Origin: Eledone cirrhosa
Taxonomy: Eukaryota
Assembly: GCA_964016885.1 (NCBI GenBank)
Contig: OZ024753.1
Location: 41,354,001 to 41,418,000, forward strand
Reading direction: 5' to 3'
DNA: 64,000 bases
A model generated the notes under the pieces. That model worked only from the letters and a program-made list of their open reading frames with translations, ran no database searches and was not told the origin of the DNA. The translations under genes and the position numbers were made by a program. The stretch's first letter is position 1, and the number at the start of each line of letters is the position of its first letter. Below are positions 41,040 to 54,013 of the stretch, piece by piece.

Positions 41040-41288
41040 GTGTCTGACCTTAGGGCATCAACATACGTCAACCTTGGTCTTCCTCTTCCAGTGTGTCCAT
41101 GTAGGGGCTCCCAAAGGAGCACTGAGTGCAATGTCAACTCTGGATGTCAGTGAGCATGTCCAGCTAACCTCAGTCTCCTCTGTGTCACTTTTGAGCTGAA
41201 ACTCACTCAGATGGTGGATGGGTGCTACACGAGAATGCTGAGGATGGCTCTGAACATTAATCAGTATACACTGAGGATGAAAACTCAG

Positions 41289-41291
<3 letters not shown>
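41040..41291. pseudogene. RTE-like LINE 3' fragment with 5' inversion
   Basis: 41040-41198 (-) reads SSKVTQRRLRLAGHAH*HPEL..VLLWEPLHGHTGRGRPRLTYVDAL; 41199-41291 (+) reads LTQMVDGCYTRMLRMALNI. Confidence 0.8.
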
Positions 41292-41371
<80 letters not shown>

Positions 41372-41809
41372 GATTTTCTTCGTAGTTATACAGTATTTCA
41401 AACATATCGTCACTTAGTTAATTTCAGATTTCTTTCGCGACTTCTTTTTACAAACTTTTTACAAGATATTAAACTTTCTTCTGCTGCCTAGTCAGAATTG
41501 TAGGTGGTTTATTGGTTAGGGTTTTAGACCCGTGATCGTAAGGTAATGAGTTTGATTCCCGTGCTGTCTGTTGTGCTCTCATCTGAACAGGACACCAGTC
41601 CATTGCAGCGTTAAACCCCCTGATACTCATTTTGAGTTAGAGGAAAATCGATTATATCATTACTGGCGCTTTATTTTATCGTCCCTGCAAAGATGAAAAC
41701 CAACGCTAACCTCGACAGAATTTGACCTCAGAACGATATAAATAGACTTAACTGCAAGCTTCAAAGCATGTTCTCCGAAGCTCTACCGATCCTGCCAATC
41801 CACGGCTCT

Positions 41810-41975
41810 TGTGAGTTAGATTCCTGGACCGGGCGATGCGTTATGTCCTTGAGCAAGACACTTTATTTCACGTTGTTCCTTCTACCTGGAGTTGCGACCG
41901 ATAGATAGTATTAGCAACTGGAAAGACCGACGAAAACATTGTTTCCTCGGTTCGATTTGACGAAGGTCAATCGAT
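41810..41975 (+). mobile_element. SINE family B (5'-truncated)
   Basis: Matches 6465-6628. Confidence 0.75.
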
Positions 41976-42352
41976 CCTTTTATATATTTACGAATAGAAT
42001 AAAAGAACTGAATAGAAGAATGTAAGAAGTTTAGTTTCGAGATGTCTCTTTAATAAATATTAAAGTATAGCCTGATTTTTTGTGTTTTGTTCGTAATATC
42101 TGACAAAAATCTTTTAAACATTTTTTTCTTAGACGCTACTACAATATTTAAATAATTAACTAATCGCTTTATACATACATATAAACTCGCATATCTGACG
42201 AGGTGTCGAAAAAGAGTCGGGGCCCAGTTATCTTATATGTACTCTCAGCTGATGGAGATGGAAAAATTGTAATATGCCGATAAAGTTTGTACTTATGATG
42301 CAACACTGACTTCGATACTTCTTCGATACACACACACTCACACACACACACA

Positions 42353-42402
<50 letters not shown>

Positions 42403-42407
<5 letters not shown>

Positions 42408-42585
42408 ATAATAATAAATGTGAAGACTAAAATCCAAAGAGGGTTCGATAAGGATAAATATATATCAAATATAGAAGAACCCTAGAGCAAATATTAAAAT
42501 AACAGATTAAAGTTTAAGTAAAGAATCGCTTAGGGTGAAAGCAGCGATTCTTTGCTTGAACTTTAATCTGTTATTTTAATAAATA
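42403..42585 (-). mobile_element. PLE-like fold-back remnant, family P4
   Basis: Homologous to 12095 and 59113. Confidence 0.6.
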
Positions 42586-42653
42586 TGTATACATATATAT
42601 ATATATATATATATTAAAATAACAGATTGATTATTTGTGTGTTTATAGTACTT

Positions 42654-42712
<59 letters not shown>

Positions 42713-42768
42713 TAACAGATTGATTATTTGTGTGTTTATAGTACTTGTTTATATACATATATATATAT

Positions 42769-42929
42769 AGTTTTAATATAGAAGAGCTTCTACAGGACTA
42801 GAACTGTTTCATTCGTGAGACAAATGAAACAGTTCTAGTCCTGTAGAAGCTCTTCTCTATTAAAACTTTTATACTCTGTAATGTATTGAGTACTTTACTT
42901 ACTGTGGTTACCTCCGATTCAACCCGGAA

Positions 42930-42934
<5 letters not shown>
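42769..42934 (+). mobile_element. PLE-like fold-back element, family P2 (ribozyme 5' half lost)
   Basis: About 45-bp arms containing GAAACAGTTCTAGTCCTGTAGAAG; tail as in 43741-43807. Confidence 0.7.
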
Positions 42935-42996
<62 letters not shown>

Positions 42997-43043
42997 TATT
43001 AAAATATAAGTATTAATAAAATAGATGTTCTTTTGATCAATTA

Positions 43044-43098
43044 CATTTTATTATACATATTTCGGATGTACAACAGTACGTCCTCATCAGACAAAATA
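43044..43098 (-). ncRNA. Type I hammerhead ribozyme, P3-related
   Basis: Minus strand: TATTTTGT-CTGATGA-GGACGTAC[TGTT]GTACATCC-GAAA-TATGTA-TA-ATAAAATG. Confidence 0.8.
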
Positions 43099-43184
43099 TA
43101 ATGATACATGACATACCCTGAGATGTTAAATGGTTAAGATTTAATCAAGGTAGTGATTGACATAATCATTGAATGTTGTTTAAC

Positions 43185-43259
<75 letters not shown>

Positions 43260-43264
<5 letters not shown>

Positions 43265-43590
43265 AAGAAATTAAAAGATGGTTAAAAAGGTTCCATCTAT
43301 TTTATTATGCGCATTTCAAAAACAAATATCATCCTGGGACGATATTTGCGTTCTCATCAAAGGCATTTGCGTTCTCATTTTTAGGCATCATATCATGTCT
43401 CCCTATTTTATCTGATGAGAACGCAAATATCGTCCCATGATGATATTTGTTTTTGAAATGCGCATAATAAAATACATTTTAACCATCTTTTAATTTCTTC
43501 TTATATATACTCCAGTCCAATAAACTATTGAGTGCTACTTATCCGATATTTGTATTGCTTCATTGTTCTACAATAAAACTCACCTTCTAC
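43260..43590 (+). mobile_element. PLE-like fold-back element, P3-related
   Basis: 43260-43358 is inverted relative to 43413-43508; the tail contains ACTC...TTGAGTG. Confidence 0.7.
43404..43474 (+). ncRNA. Type I hammerhead ribozyme with 16-bp stem II
   Basis: TATTTTAT-CTGATGA (43412-18)-GAACGCAAATATCGTC[CCAT]GATGATATTTGTTTTT-GAAA-T[GCGC]A-TA-ATAAAATA. Confidence 0.85.
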
Positions 43591-43606
43591 ATATATATAT
43601 ATATAT

Positions 43607-43806
43607 AGTTTTAATATAGATGAGATTCTACAGGACTAGAACTGTTTCATTCTTTAGAAATCATCAGGAATCGAGATTCCTGATGATTTCTAAAGAATGA
43701 AACAGTTCTAGTCCTGTAGAATCTCATCTATATTAAAACTTTTATACTCTGCAATGTATTGAGTACCTTACTTACTGTGGTTACCTCCGATTCAACCCGG
43801 AATAAC

Positions 43807-43807
<1 letters not shown>
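43607..43807 (+). mobile_element. PLE-like fold-back element, family P2, with two head-to-head ribozymes
   Basis: About 66-bp arms around 43673 plus tail; flanked by (TA)n. Confidence 0.8.
43673..43725 (+). ncRNA. Type I hammerhead ribozyme, family P2
   Basis: GAGATTC-CTGATGA-T.TTC[TAAA]GAA.T-GAAA-CAG[TTCTAGTC]CTG-TA-GAATCTC; 7-bp stem I, GUA site. A mirror copy at 43624-43672 (-) has a 5-bp stem I. Confidence 0.85.
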
Positions 43808-43839
<32 letters not shown>

Positions 43840-44049
43840 TGTATATAAACACACAAATACATATGTTTGCGTGTGTGCAGATGTTTGTGTGTGTGTGTAT
43901 ATTGTGTTGAACTATATAAACAGATGCATGCTGCTACAAGCCGGCACAGATCAACAACTTACCGACGGATACACACACACACGCGTGTGCGTGTGTGTGT
44001 GTACATAAATATAGGTATATACACATACTTACATAAATACGTGTACTGA

Positions 44050-44600
44050 TACATACATAAATAAATGTCCAAATACATACACGCACACACACACACACAT
44101 ATATATATATATACACATATGCACACACACATATATATACATACATACACACACATGTACACACATATATATACATACACACACATATATATATATAAAC
44201 ATACATACACACACATGTACACACATATATAGACATATATACACACACATATACATAAACATACATACTCACACATGTACACATATATATATATACATAC
44301 ATACACACACATATATATATACACATATACACACATATATAAACATACACACACACATATATATACGCACATATGCACACACATATATATATATACATAC
44401 ACACACACACATGTACACACATATATATACATACACACACATATATATAAACATACATACACACACATGTACACACATATATATATACATACACACATAT
44501 ATATACACATATACACACATATATAAACATACATACACACATATATATATATACACATATATATATACACACATAAACACACACATATACATACATTAAA
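44050..44600. repeat. Degenerate (CA/TA) minisatellite with recurring CATGTAC and TAAACATAC units
   Basis: Seen directly. Confidence 0.85.
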
Positions 44601-44675
44601 TAACCATGTGTATATAATATATATATTTAATATTTACTTACTTCGTAGAAATCCTTCCTTTTTATTTTAGTATTT

Positions 44676-45351
44676 TATATTGTTTTATATTGTTTTATAT
44701 TGTTTTGTATTGTTTTGTATTGTTTTATATTGTTTTATATTGTTTTATATTGTTATATTATTAAAATTCATTCCGTGTTTATACTTTATTGTTGTTGTTG
44801 TTATAGTACTTTTATCCGTTTTTGTACTGTGCTGTTACTGTTGTTGTTGTTCTCCTTTTTGTACTTGTTGTTATTGTTGTTGCTGTTGTTGTTGTTGTAC
44901 ACCAATCCGTGTATGTACTCTTTTTTGTTATTGTACTTTATTCCGTTTTTGAACTTTGCTTTTGTTGTTGTTACTGGTATTACTGTTGTTGTTGTTACTG
45001 TTATTTTTGTTGTTGCTGTTGTTGGTGTTACTGTTGTTGTTGTTGTTGTTGTTACTGGTGTTGTTGGTGTAACTGTTGCTGTTATTGTTGGTGTTAGTGT
45101 TGTTGTTGGTGTTACTGTTGTTGCTGTTACAGTTGTTGTTACTGTTGTTGTTGTTGTTACTGTTATTTTTGCTGTTACTGTTGTTATTGTTGTTGTTATT
45201 GTTGTTGTTGTTACTTTTGTTATTGTTACTGTTGTTGGTGTTACTGTTGTTATTGTTGTTACTGTTGTTATTGTTGTTACTGTTATTGTTGGTGTTACTT
45301 TTGTTGTTGTGCTACTGCTACTGTTGTTGTTGTTGTTGTTGCTACTGTTGT

Positions 45352-45385
<34 letters not shown>

Positions 45386-45540
45386 GTTACTGTTATTGTT
45401 GTTACTGTTGTTGTTGTTGTTGCTAGTGTTGTTGTTGTTGGTGTTACTTTTGTTGTTGTTACTGCTGTTGTTGCTACTGTTGTTGTTATTGTTGTTACTG
45501 CTGTTGTTGTTACTGTTGTAGTACTGGTGTTGCTGTTGTC
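44676..45540. repeat. (TATTGTTTTA)n followed by a long degenerate (GTT)n tract
   Basis: Seen directly; source of the poly-Val/Leu/Cys ORFs. Confidence 0.9.
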
Positions 45541-45977
45541 ATTGAACGCCGATCAGTTTGTGAACTTTATATTGATGGTGGTGTTTTAAATTAATTGTGT
45601 GTATATATATTCTGTGTGACTGTGCGTGTATATATGTGTGTGTGTGTGTATGTGTGTCAGTGTCTCTGTGTGTATGTCAGTGTGACTGTGTGTGTATATA
45701 TGTGTGTGTGTGTGTCAGTGTCTCTGTGTGTGTATGTCAGTGTCTCTGTGTGTGTATGCCAGTGTCTATGAGTGTATGTATGTATGTATGTGTGTGTATG
45801 TCTGTGTGTGTGTGTATGTGTGTGTTTGTTATTAATTAACGCCCTATTGACAGTGGTGGGCTTCTAACAACGAGAACGGAAAACATAACTGTAGAAAAAT
45901 CCGATAGTTTTTAGTAAGGAAGCTGGCATCTTATATGTTGTCAGAACTAAACAGTACAGAATGTGTTGTCACAAGAT

Positions 45978-46572
45978 AGTGGTGGTGGTGGTGGTGGTGG
46001 TGGTGGTGGTGGTGGTGGTGGTGGTGGTGGTGGTTGTAGTTTTGGTGGTAGTGGTGGTGGTGTGGTGGTGGTATTGGTGGTGGTGGTGGTGGTAGTGGTG
46101 GTGATTGTGGTATTGGTGGTGGTGGTGGTGGTTGTGGTTTTGGTGGTAGTGGTGGTAGTGGTGGTGGTGTGGTGGTGGTATTGGTGGTGGTGGTGGTGGT
46201 AGTGGTGGTGATTGTGGTATTGGTGGTGGTGGTTGTGGTTTTGGTGGTAGTGGTGGTGGTGGTATTGGTGGTGGTGGTGGTGGTGATTGTGGTATTGGTG
46301 GTGGTGGTAGTGTTGGTGGTGGTGGTGGTGGCGGTAGTGGTGGTAGTGGTGGTGATTGTGGTTGTGGTGGTGGTAGTGGTGGTGGTGGTGATGGTGGTGG
46401 TGGTGGTGGTGGTGGTATTGGTGGTGGTGGTGGTGATTGTGGTATTGGTGGTGGTGGTAGTGTTGGTGGTGGTGGTGGCGGTAGTGGTGGTAGTGGTGGT
46501 GGTGATTGTGGTTGTGGTGGTGGTAGTGGTGGTGGTGATGGTGGTATTGGTGGTGGTGGTGGTGATGGTGAA
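45978..46572. repeat. Degenerate (GGT)n tract with higher-order repetition
   Basis: Seen directly; source of the poly-Pro/Thr/His ORFs. Confidence 0.9.
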
Positions 46573-47204
46573 TGGTGAATGGACTTCCCCTTTCGTGTGG
46601 CTGTATTTTCCTTCAAAACTAACTACCGCCTCAGAATCACACTTATACACATACACACACTTACATACACACACACACGCATTCTCTCCCTCTCTCTCTG
46701 TCTCTCACACACAATTACACATACACACACTTACATACACACACACGCATTCTCTCCCTCTCTCTCTGTCTCTCACACACATTTACACATACACACACTT
46801 ACATACACACACTCTCTCTCTCTCTCTCTGACACACACACACACACACACATTCTCCCCCTCTCTCTCACACACACATTTACACATACACACACGCTTGC
46901 TCTCTCTCTCTCTCTCTCTCTCACATATACACACACATATACATACACATACATACACACATAATCTTTCTCTCTCTGTCTCTCTCTCACATATACACAC
47001 ACATATACATACACACATAGTCTCTCTCTCTCTCTCACACACATACCCATTTACACACACATTTACACACACATACACACACACACACTTACACACACAC
47101 ACACACTTACACACACACACACTTACACATGTGTTGGTCGAGAGAAGAAGGAGAGAGAGGAAAGGAGACGGGATGAGATAGATTGATAGTCAGTAGGATA
47201 ATAG

Positions 47205-47660
47205 AGAGAGGGGGAATCGGTGAAGTAGTGGGAGAGAGGGAGGGGGAATTGGTGATATAGTGAGAGAGAGAAAGAGAGAGAGAGAGAGAGGGAGGGAATC
47301 GGTGAAATAGTGAGAGAGAGGGAGGGATTGGTGAAATAGTGAGAGAGAGAGGGAGAGAGAGAGAGGGAATCGGTGAAGTAGTGAGAGAGAGGGAGGGGGA
47401 TTGGTGAAATAGTGAGAGCGAGAGGGAGAGAGAGGGAATTGGTGAAGTAGTGAAAGAGAGGGAGGGGGATTGGTGAAATAGTGAGAGGGAGAGAGAGAGA
47501 GGGAATCGGTGAAGTAGTGAGAGAGAGGGAGGGGGAATAGGTGAAATAGTGAGTGAGAGAGGGAGAGAGAGAGGGAATCGGTGAAATAGTGAGAGAGAGG
47601 GAGGGGGGATTGGTGATATAGTGAGAGAGAGGGAGGGAGAGAGAGAGAGGAAGAGAGAAA
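47205..47660. repeat. Purine-rich minisatellite, unit ~28-37 bp (GGAATCGGTGAAATAGTGAGAGAGAG...)
   Basis: About 14 recurrences of GGTGAAA/GTAGTG separated by variable GA runs. Confidence 0.85.
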
Positions 47661-48086
47661 GGTGATTGTATGTGTTAGTCTGGATGACTATAGAGAGGAA
47701 GGAAGAGAGAGGGGGTATTGTGTGTGTGTGTGTGAGTGTGTCTGTGTGTGTGTGTGTGTGTGTCTGTTTGTGAGTGTGTGTGTGTATTTGAGAAGGAGAA
47801 ATTATGAAAGGGACTGTGTATGTGTGTGTTTAATAAAAAGAGAGAGAGAGAAAGAGAAAGGGGGAGTATTGTGTGTGTGTGTGAATGTGTGTGTTTGTGT
47901 GTGTTTGTGTGTGTTTGATGAAAAGCGAAAGACAGAGAGAGGGAGAGATGAGGTATAGTGAGAGAGAAGATGAGAAAGTGAGTGTGTGAATGTGTTAAAG
48001 GGGGAGAAGTAATATAGAGACACAGAGGGATGGTGAGAGAGCTGTAGTAGTATTAGTAGTAGTAGTAGTGGTGGTGGTGGTAATAT

Positions 48087-48120
<34 letters not shown>

Positions 48121-48316
48121 GGTAATATTAGTAGTAGTAGTAGTGGTGGTGGTAATATTAGTAGTAGTAGTAGTAGTGGTGGTGGTGGTAATATTAGTAG
48201 TAGTAGTCGTGGTGGTGGTAATATTAGTAGTAGTAGTAGTAGTAGTAGCTTCCAACAGAAATGGTCGCATTTTTTAAGGGTATGTCAATATTTATTTATA
48301 AAACTGCTCTATATTA

Positions 48317-48381
48317 TATTTTATCTGATGAAAGCACACCATAATTTAACTTGGTGTCCTTGAAATATGTATAATGAAATA
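48317..48381 (+). ncRNA. Type I hammerhead ribozyme, family P3 (within element 48247-48423)
   Basis: Near-identical to 15101-15165, with intact stem I TATTTTAT/ATGAAATA. Confidence 0.8.
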
Positions 48382-48422
48382 AATATGGTTTATAAATATA
48401 GTTTCCATTTGTTAATATATCG

Positions 48423-48453
<31 letters not shown>

Positions 48454-48476
48454 ATATATATATTTATTTATTTATC

Positions 48477-48509
<33 letters not shown>

Positions 48510-50032
48510 ATATGTATGTATATATGTGTGTGAATTGTATTGTTTGTGAGAGTAGAAGAGTTACAGAGGAAGTGAGAAAAAGAGAGAAGAGAGATAAACA
48601 AATTGATGGAAAAAGAGAGAGAGTGAGAGTGAAAGAGAGCGAGAGAAAGAGAAGTAACTAAGGAGTGTAAGATATATATATTAAGGTTAAGTATTATGAA
48701 GATAGCAGCGATTCCGGATGAAATCATCACATCTGAGTGTGTTAGTTTAGATATGTGTGTGCTTATCCCTGTACAGATGAGTGCGTATGATTAGTAGCGT
48801 CTTAGCGTAATGATTAACGCGCTCGCACGGTATTCGAACCTCTGTAGCCGCTACTGGACACTTCTTTCGTCTATAGCAGTATTTTACCTGATTTATTATT
48901 TTTATCTTGAATTTATCGCGATGGACTGTTGTTACGTTTATTTTTTGCCTTTGGAATTCTCACATTTTCGAATTTCAAATCAACCAGCTCTTTGATCAGT
49001 CGTACAATTTGTTTACTACCGCAAGCTGATTTGTATAACAACTTAATTTAAAAGGAATGGGTGGTCAGAAGCGTTTTAGCGTAATGGTTAACTCGCTGGC
49101 ATGGTACTTGAGACATACGGGATTCAATTATGTTAGCGGTTGGTGCCCACCTTTTCTGTCATACGGATTTTATTTCATTTTCTAAGCTGTTATCTAAATT
49201 GATCAACAGTTGTTACAGGTCTTTTCTGCGATTTCGATCCAAGTTTCAAATCACTCTGTTTTTTCATAATTCATACATATATATATATTGGTAAACGGAA
49301 AAGAAAATGCTGACAAATTGTTCACAGTGAAAAATAGTTTAATTAGGAATAAGTGAGAATTAGTAATAGTATTGGTTAGTATTCAGTTTTGGTTTTAAGT
49401 TTTACCGGTTGCGCATTTCTAATGCTTTTCAAAAATAATTTTGAGGTAGAGCGCCCGTGATGTTTGCTCTAATCTATATATATATTAGAAAGTGAGGTTT
49501 TTTTTACAAAATGAAAAATAACCGAGGTGTCCTACACGAGTGAAAGTATAAAGAAAAAAAGATGAAATCGAAAATGCAACTGGAGTCTTATTTTTTAAAA
49601 AATATATATATTTATTTGGTTCCTTTACCGGTTTCGCAGTTCTTCTGCTTTTCAAAAGTAGAATTGAGATGGAGGGTCTGTGGTTTTTCTCACATCTGGT
49701 TGGTCTCTGAATGTTACTTGTTTTATATGGAAAAAGTGGCTCGAAATGCCAGGTTTTTCGAGAAGTAATTTGATTGGTTGGTCAATAATTATAATAAATT
49801 TCGCGCCAGTTCGCGTTACAAAGTTCTTCAAACAAGGGGGGGGGGGTCACAGGTTGTTTTTTTCATATATTAGTGTTTGAATTTCTTTTTACTTCAAAAA
49901 AAGGGGGCTCACGAAGGCTTTTTTTTAATAAATGTAATTTGATTGGTTATAAATGAAATTATGGCTGTCACGTGAACAAGTTTTCATTAAATTTTCGCGC
50001 CCTTATATATATATATATATATATAAGGGCGC

Positions 50033-50086
<54 letters not shown>

Positions 50087-50201
50087 AGAAACACAAACCC
50101 TCCATCTCAACATTACTTTTGAAAATCATACAAACTGTGAAACCGGTAAAGTAAATAAATATTCGTAAATATCTATATCTATCTATCTATCTCTCTCTCT
50201 C

Positions 50202-50282
<81 letters not shown>

Positions 50283-50355
50283 TTTTTACCTTTCTCTCTA
50301 CCAAACAACAGCCACGGTTTCTGCTATTAACTAAATGTGTGCAATCCGAACAGTT

Positions 50356-50434
<79 letters not shown>

Positions 50435-51795
50435 TCAATAATTTTTAAGAGTAGTCGGTGTAGTCTTTCTCTTCTTTTGATTTTGATTTTATTTTCAATC
50501 TAAACTCCGATGATATAACGGGTGTAGCCTTGTTCCATAGATTCAAATTTCCAACTTGTTGTTTCTTTACTCTTTATTATACAATGCTATAGATAATGGC
50601 TTAATAAATCTCTAGTTAGATGCCTTGCCTATGTCGTTCACTGCCCTTCGCTGTAATCAAAGCTAGCTTTTTCCGAGAGATATTTAATCTGTCAAAGCTG
50701 ATGTTTTATGGCTATATATCAGGATTTCTTGGTATATATTGACATTGGAATGGATCATCGTCACTTTCGGCGATGACTGAAACAATCTCCCTCATTGGAT
50801 TAGCGTATAAGTGGCTGAGCATTCCACAAAACACGCGTGTCCTTAACGTCATTCTCACGTTAATGAGATCCACCGTGACACACTGGAAGCCAAACAGTTT
50901 CCGTTTCCGTCTATTCAGTTTCGTACATAACGCATACGTCGACCTGAGACTATCGTAAATGACACGTGACCAAGGTGTCCCACAGTGGCATTGAACATGT
51001 GACCTATAGATTGCGAATCGAATCCTGAACCATTCGGCCTTCCTGCCTCCATTATGAATTTTTTAAAGAATGTTTTATGCAATGATTCTTGTTGCTGTTG
51101 TGTTTGTTGTTGTTGCTGCTGCTGTTGTTGCTGTTGTTGTTGTTGTTGTTGTGGTGGCGTTTGAGATTGGATCGAGGCATAGACCTAAGATCAAAGACAT
51201 TCTAACAATGAAGACCACGTTGTGTCTTTCAGGCATATAAAACTTTTTGCCAAATTACCAGTATTGCACTCGGATAATTGCTGGCCTTGTGCCAAAAGGA
51301 GAAATAATTATTTAGATATATAATGCGTTTTTCCTTTTTAAGACAATAAGATTGGTTATATATACAAAATGGCTGACTGAATACAGGCGTGCGTTTCTAA
51401 AAAAAAACAATGTTTTCTGTCACCTTTCTCCTCTCACTCACACTCTATCTGACTATTTCATCTTTATTTCTCGTTCTATTCTCTGATAAAGGACTTGTAT
51501 CCGAAAGATTAAGACTCTGTTCCAATTATATCAAGCGTTAAACTAATATATTTCTTCATTGCACTGTGTTGTTTGCTTTGAAATTTCTAGTCCAGTACTC
51601 ACATGCACATGCACACACGCACACAAACACACATATACCCCCCCACACACAAACACACATATACTCACACACACAATTTCAATATCTTGGACGTAGGTAC
51701 TGTGTGTATTGTATACTTGGTTTATCCTATGATGGCTTGTGTTTTTGCTGATGTAATTGCTGTTGGTGTTGTTGGTACTGGTAGTGTTTGTGTGT

Positions 51796-51826
<31 letters not shown>

Positions 51827-52445
51827 GCAGGTGTGTGTGTGTATGCGGATTGAGTTTAACCGGATTCTAATTTCAGCACTTCCGGTTTTGTATATTGTGT
51901 GTGTTATATATTCTAAATAGAACTATGTCAAGGTCAACTTTGTTGTTTTCACCATGTATGTTTCAATATATATCTTCTGTTGTGTTGTAACTACTGTTTT
52001 ATTGTTATTGTGGTTTAGTATGAGTCGGTAGTGCGTCAGACAAATGCAGTGCTGTGTTTGTTCCGGCTCTCTGCGTTCTGACCTCAAATAAGGCCGAGAT
52101 AAACTTTGCCTTATATCCGCCCGAGATCGATATAACCGATTTACCCTTGCTTTAAATTTCCTGGTCTTGTGCCTATATTAGACAAACAAGATCAATCGAC
52201 AAGCTCCTGAATTTCCTTCACACACCGAGTGAGGTGGAGCTCGTAAAATATACATATATATATATATATCAAGACACTTTATTTCACGTTGCTCCTTCTA
52301 CCTGGAGTTGCGACCGATAGATAGTACTAGCAACTGGAAAGACCAACGGAGACATTGTTTCCACGGTCCAATTTGACGAAAGTCGATGGATCTTTTATAT
52401 ATATATACGTATATATACTATATTCTATATACATACATATATATA

Positions 52446-52530
<85 letters not shown>

Positions 52531-52569
52531 ATTATCTCGGATTGAAATGACTACCACTGTGTCTCATTA

Positions 52570-52755
52570 TGCGGTGGATTGGCAGTATTGTTAGAGGGTC
52601 GGACGCCATGCCTTGCAGCAAAGAGTTAGGTCCCTTTATGGTCTGAGTTCAAATCCCGCCGAGGTTAACTTTGCCTTTCATCCTTACGGGGTTGATAAAA
52701 TAAAGTACCAATAATACATTGGGATAATTGCTGGTCTTGTGCCAAATGTAGAAAC

Positions 52756-52760
<5 letters not shown>
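52570..52760 (+). mobile_element. SINE family A
   Basis: Full-length match to the family consensus. Confidence 0.85.
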
Positions 52761-52790
<30 letters not shown>

Positions 52791-52793
<3 letters not shown>

Positions 52794-52819
52794 CTGAACA
52801 AAAAGGAAAAACGAACACA

Positions 52820-52876
<57 letters not shown>

Positions 52877-53279
52877 TCAAATCGTAATGGACCAAAATCG
52901 CTAGGGTGAAAAAAATACTAACTACAGGTTACTGGTTTGTATTTATTTTTCTTGATTTATTCTTAAATTGAGTCCACCAAACCCTATTGTCTGTAGTTTC
53001 TATTTTTTTCACCTTACCGATTTTGGTCCATTACGATTTGAACACATATATATATATGTCTTATATATGTCTTATATATATATATGTCTTATATATGTCT
53101 TATATATATATGTGTTCAAATCGTAATGGACCAAAATCGGTAAGGTGAAAAAAATAGAAACTACAGACAATAGGGTTTGCTTGACTCAATTTAAGAATAA
53201 ATCAAGAAAAATAAATACAAACCAGTAACCTGTAGTTAGTATTTTTTTCACCTTAGCGATTTTGGTCCATTACGATTTG

Positions 53280-53336
<57 letters not shown>

Positions 53337-53448
53337 CTGTGTTCGTTTTTCCTTTTTGTTCAGTTATATACGGCTCGGAAAAATCTTTTTCCTAGAACTA
53401 ATTTACTGTAATGAGACTATTTTGAGTTTCTAACTCAATAGGAGCTTT

Positions 53449-53452
<4 letters not shown>
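52791..53452 (+). mobile_element. Nested fold-back: two inverted copies of a 175-bp TIR element inside a larger palindrome with tail
   Basis: 52872-53046 and 53111-53283 each have ~45-bp TIRs and are reverse complements of each other; outer arms at 52791-52823 and 53334-53366. Confidence 0.75.
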
Positions 53453-53534
<82 letters not shown>

Positions 53535-53787
53535 TACACATATATATATATATGTGTGTGTGTGTGTATATATATATTATCTCGGATGGAAATGACCAGC
53601 ACTGTGTTTCATTCGGTTGAAATACTGAATATATGATCAAGATTTTCCTGATGTTATCAATTGAATTTCTATATAACTAGTCATGGCGGAGAAGTCTTTT
53701 CCATCGAACATAAATTATGTATGCAACATTTCTACATAAAATATTGAATAAATTATTAAGCAGTAATCTCTTTACATTATTTCACGG

Positions 53788-53878
<91 letters not shown>

Positions 53879-53933
53879 CTCTCTCGCCCTCTCTATCACT
53901 CTCTCGCCCTCTCTATCTCTCTCTCGCCCTCAC

Positions 53934-54013
<80 letters not shown>

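Noticed and set aside
44700-46831. Long poly-Val/Leu, poly-Thr and poly-Pro ORFs (mucin- or extensin-like)
   Set aside because: Open in several frames on both strands because GTT/GGT repeats lack stops; no signal peptide or splice context seen.
51483-51520. CTGATAA-AGGA..TCC-GAAA motif
   Set aside because: C3:A8 mismatch and no stem I/III; at most a dead relic.
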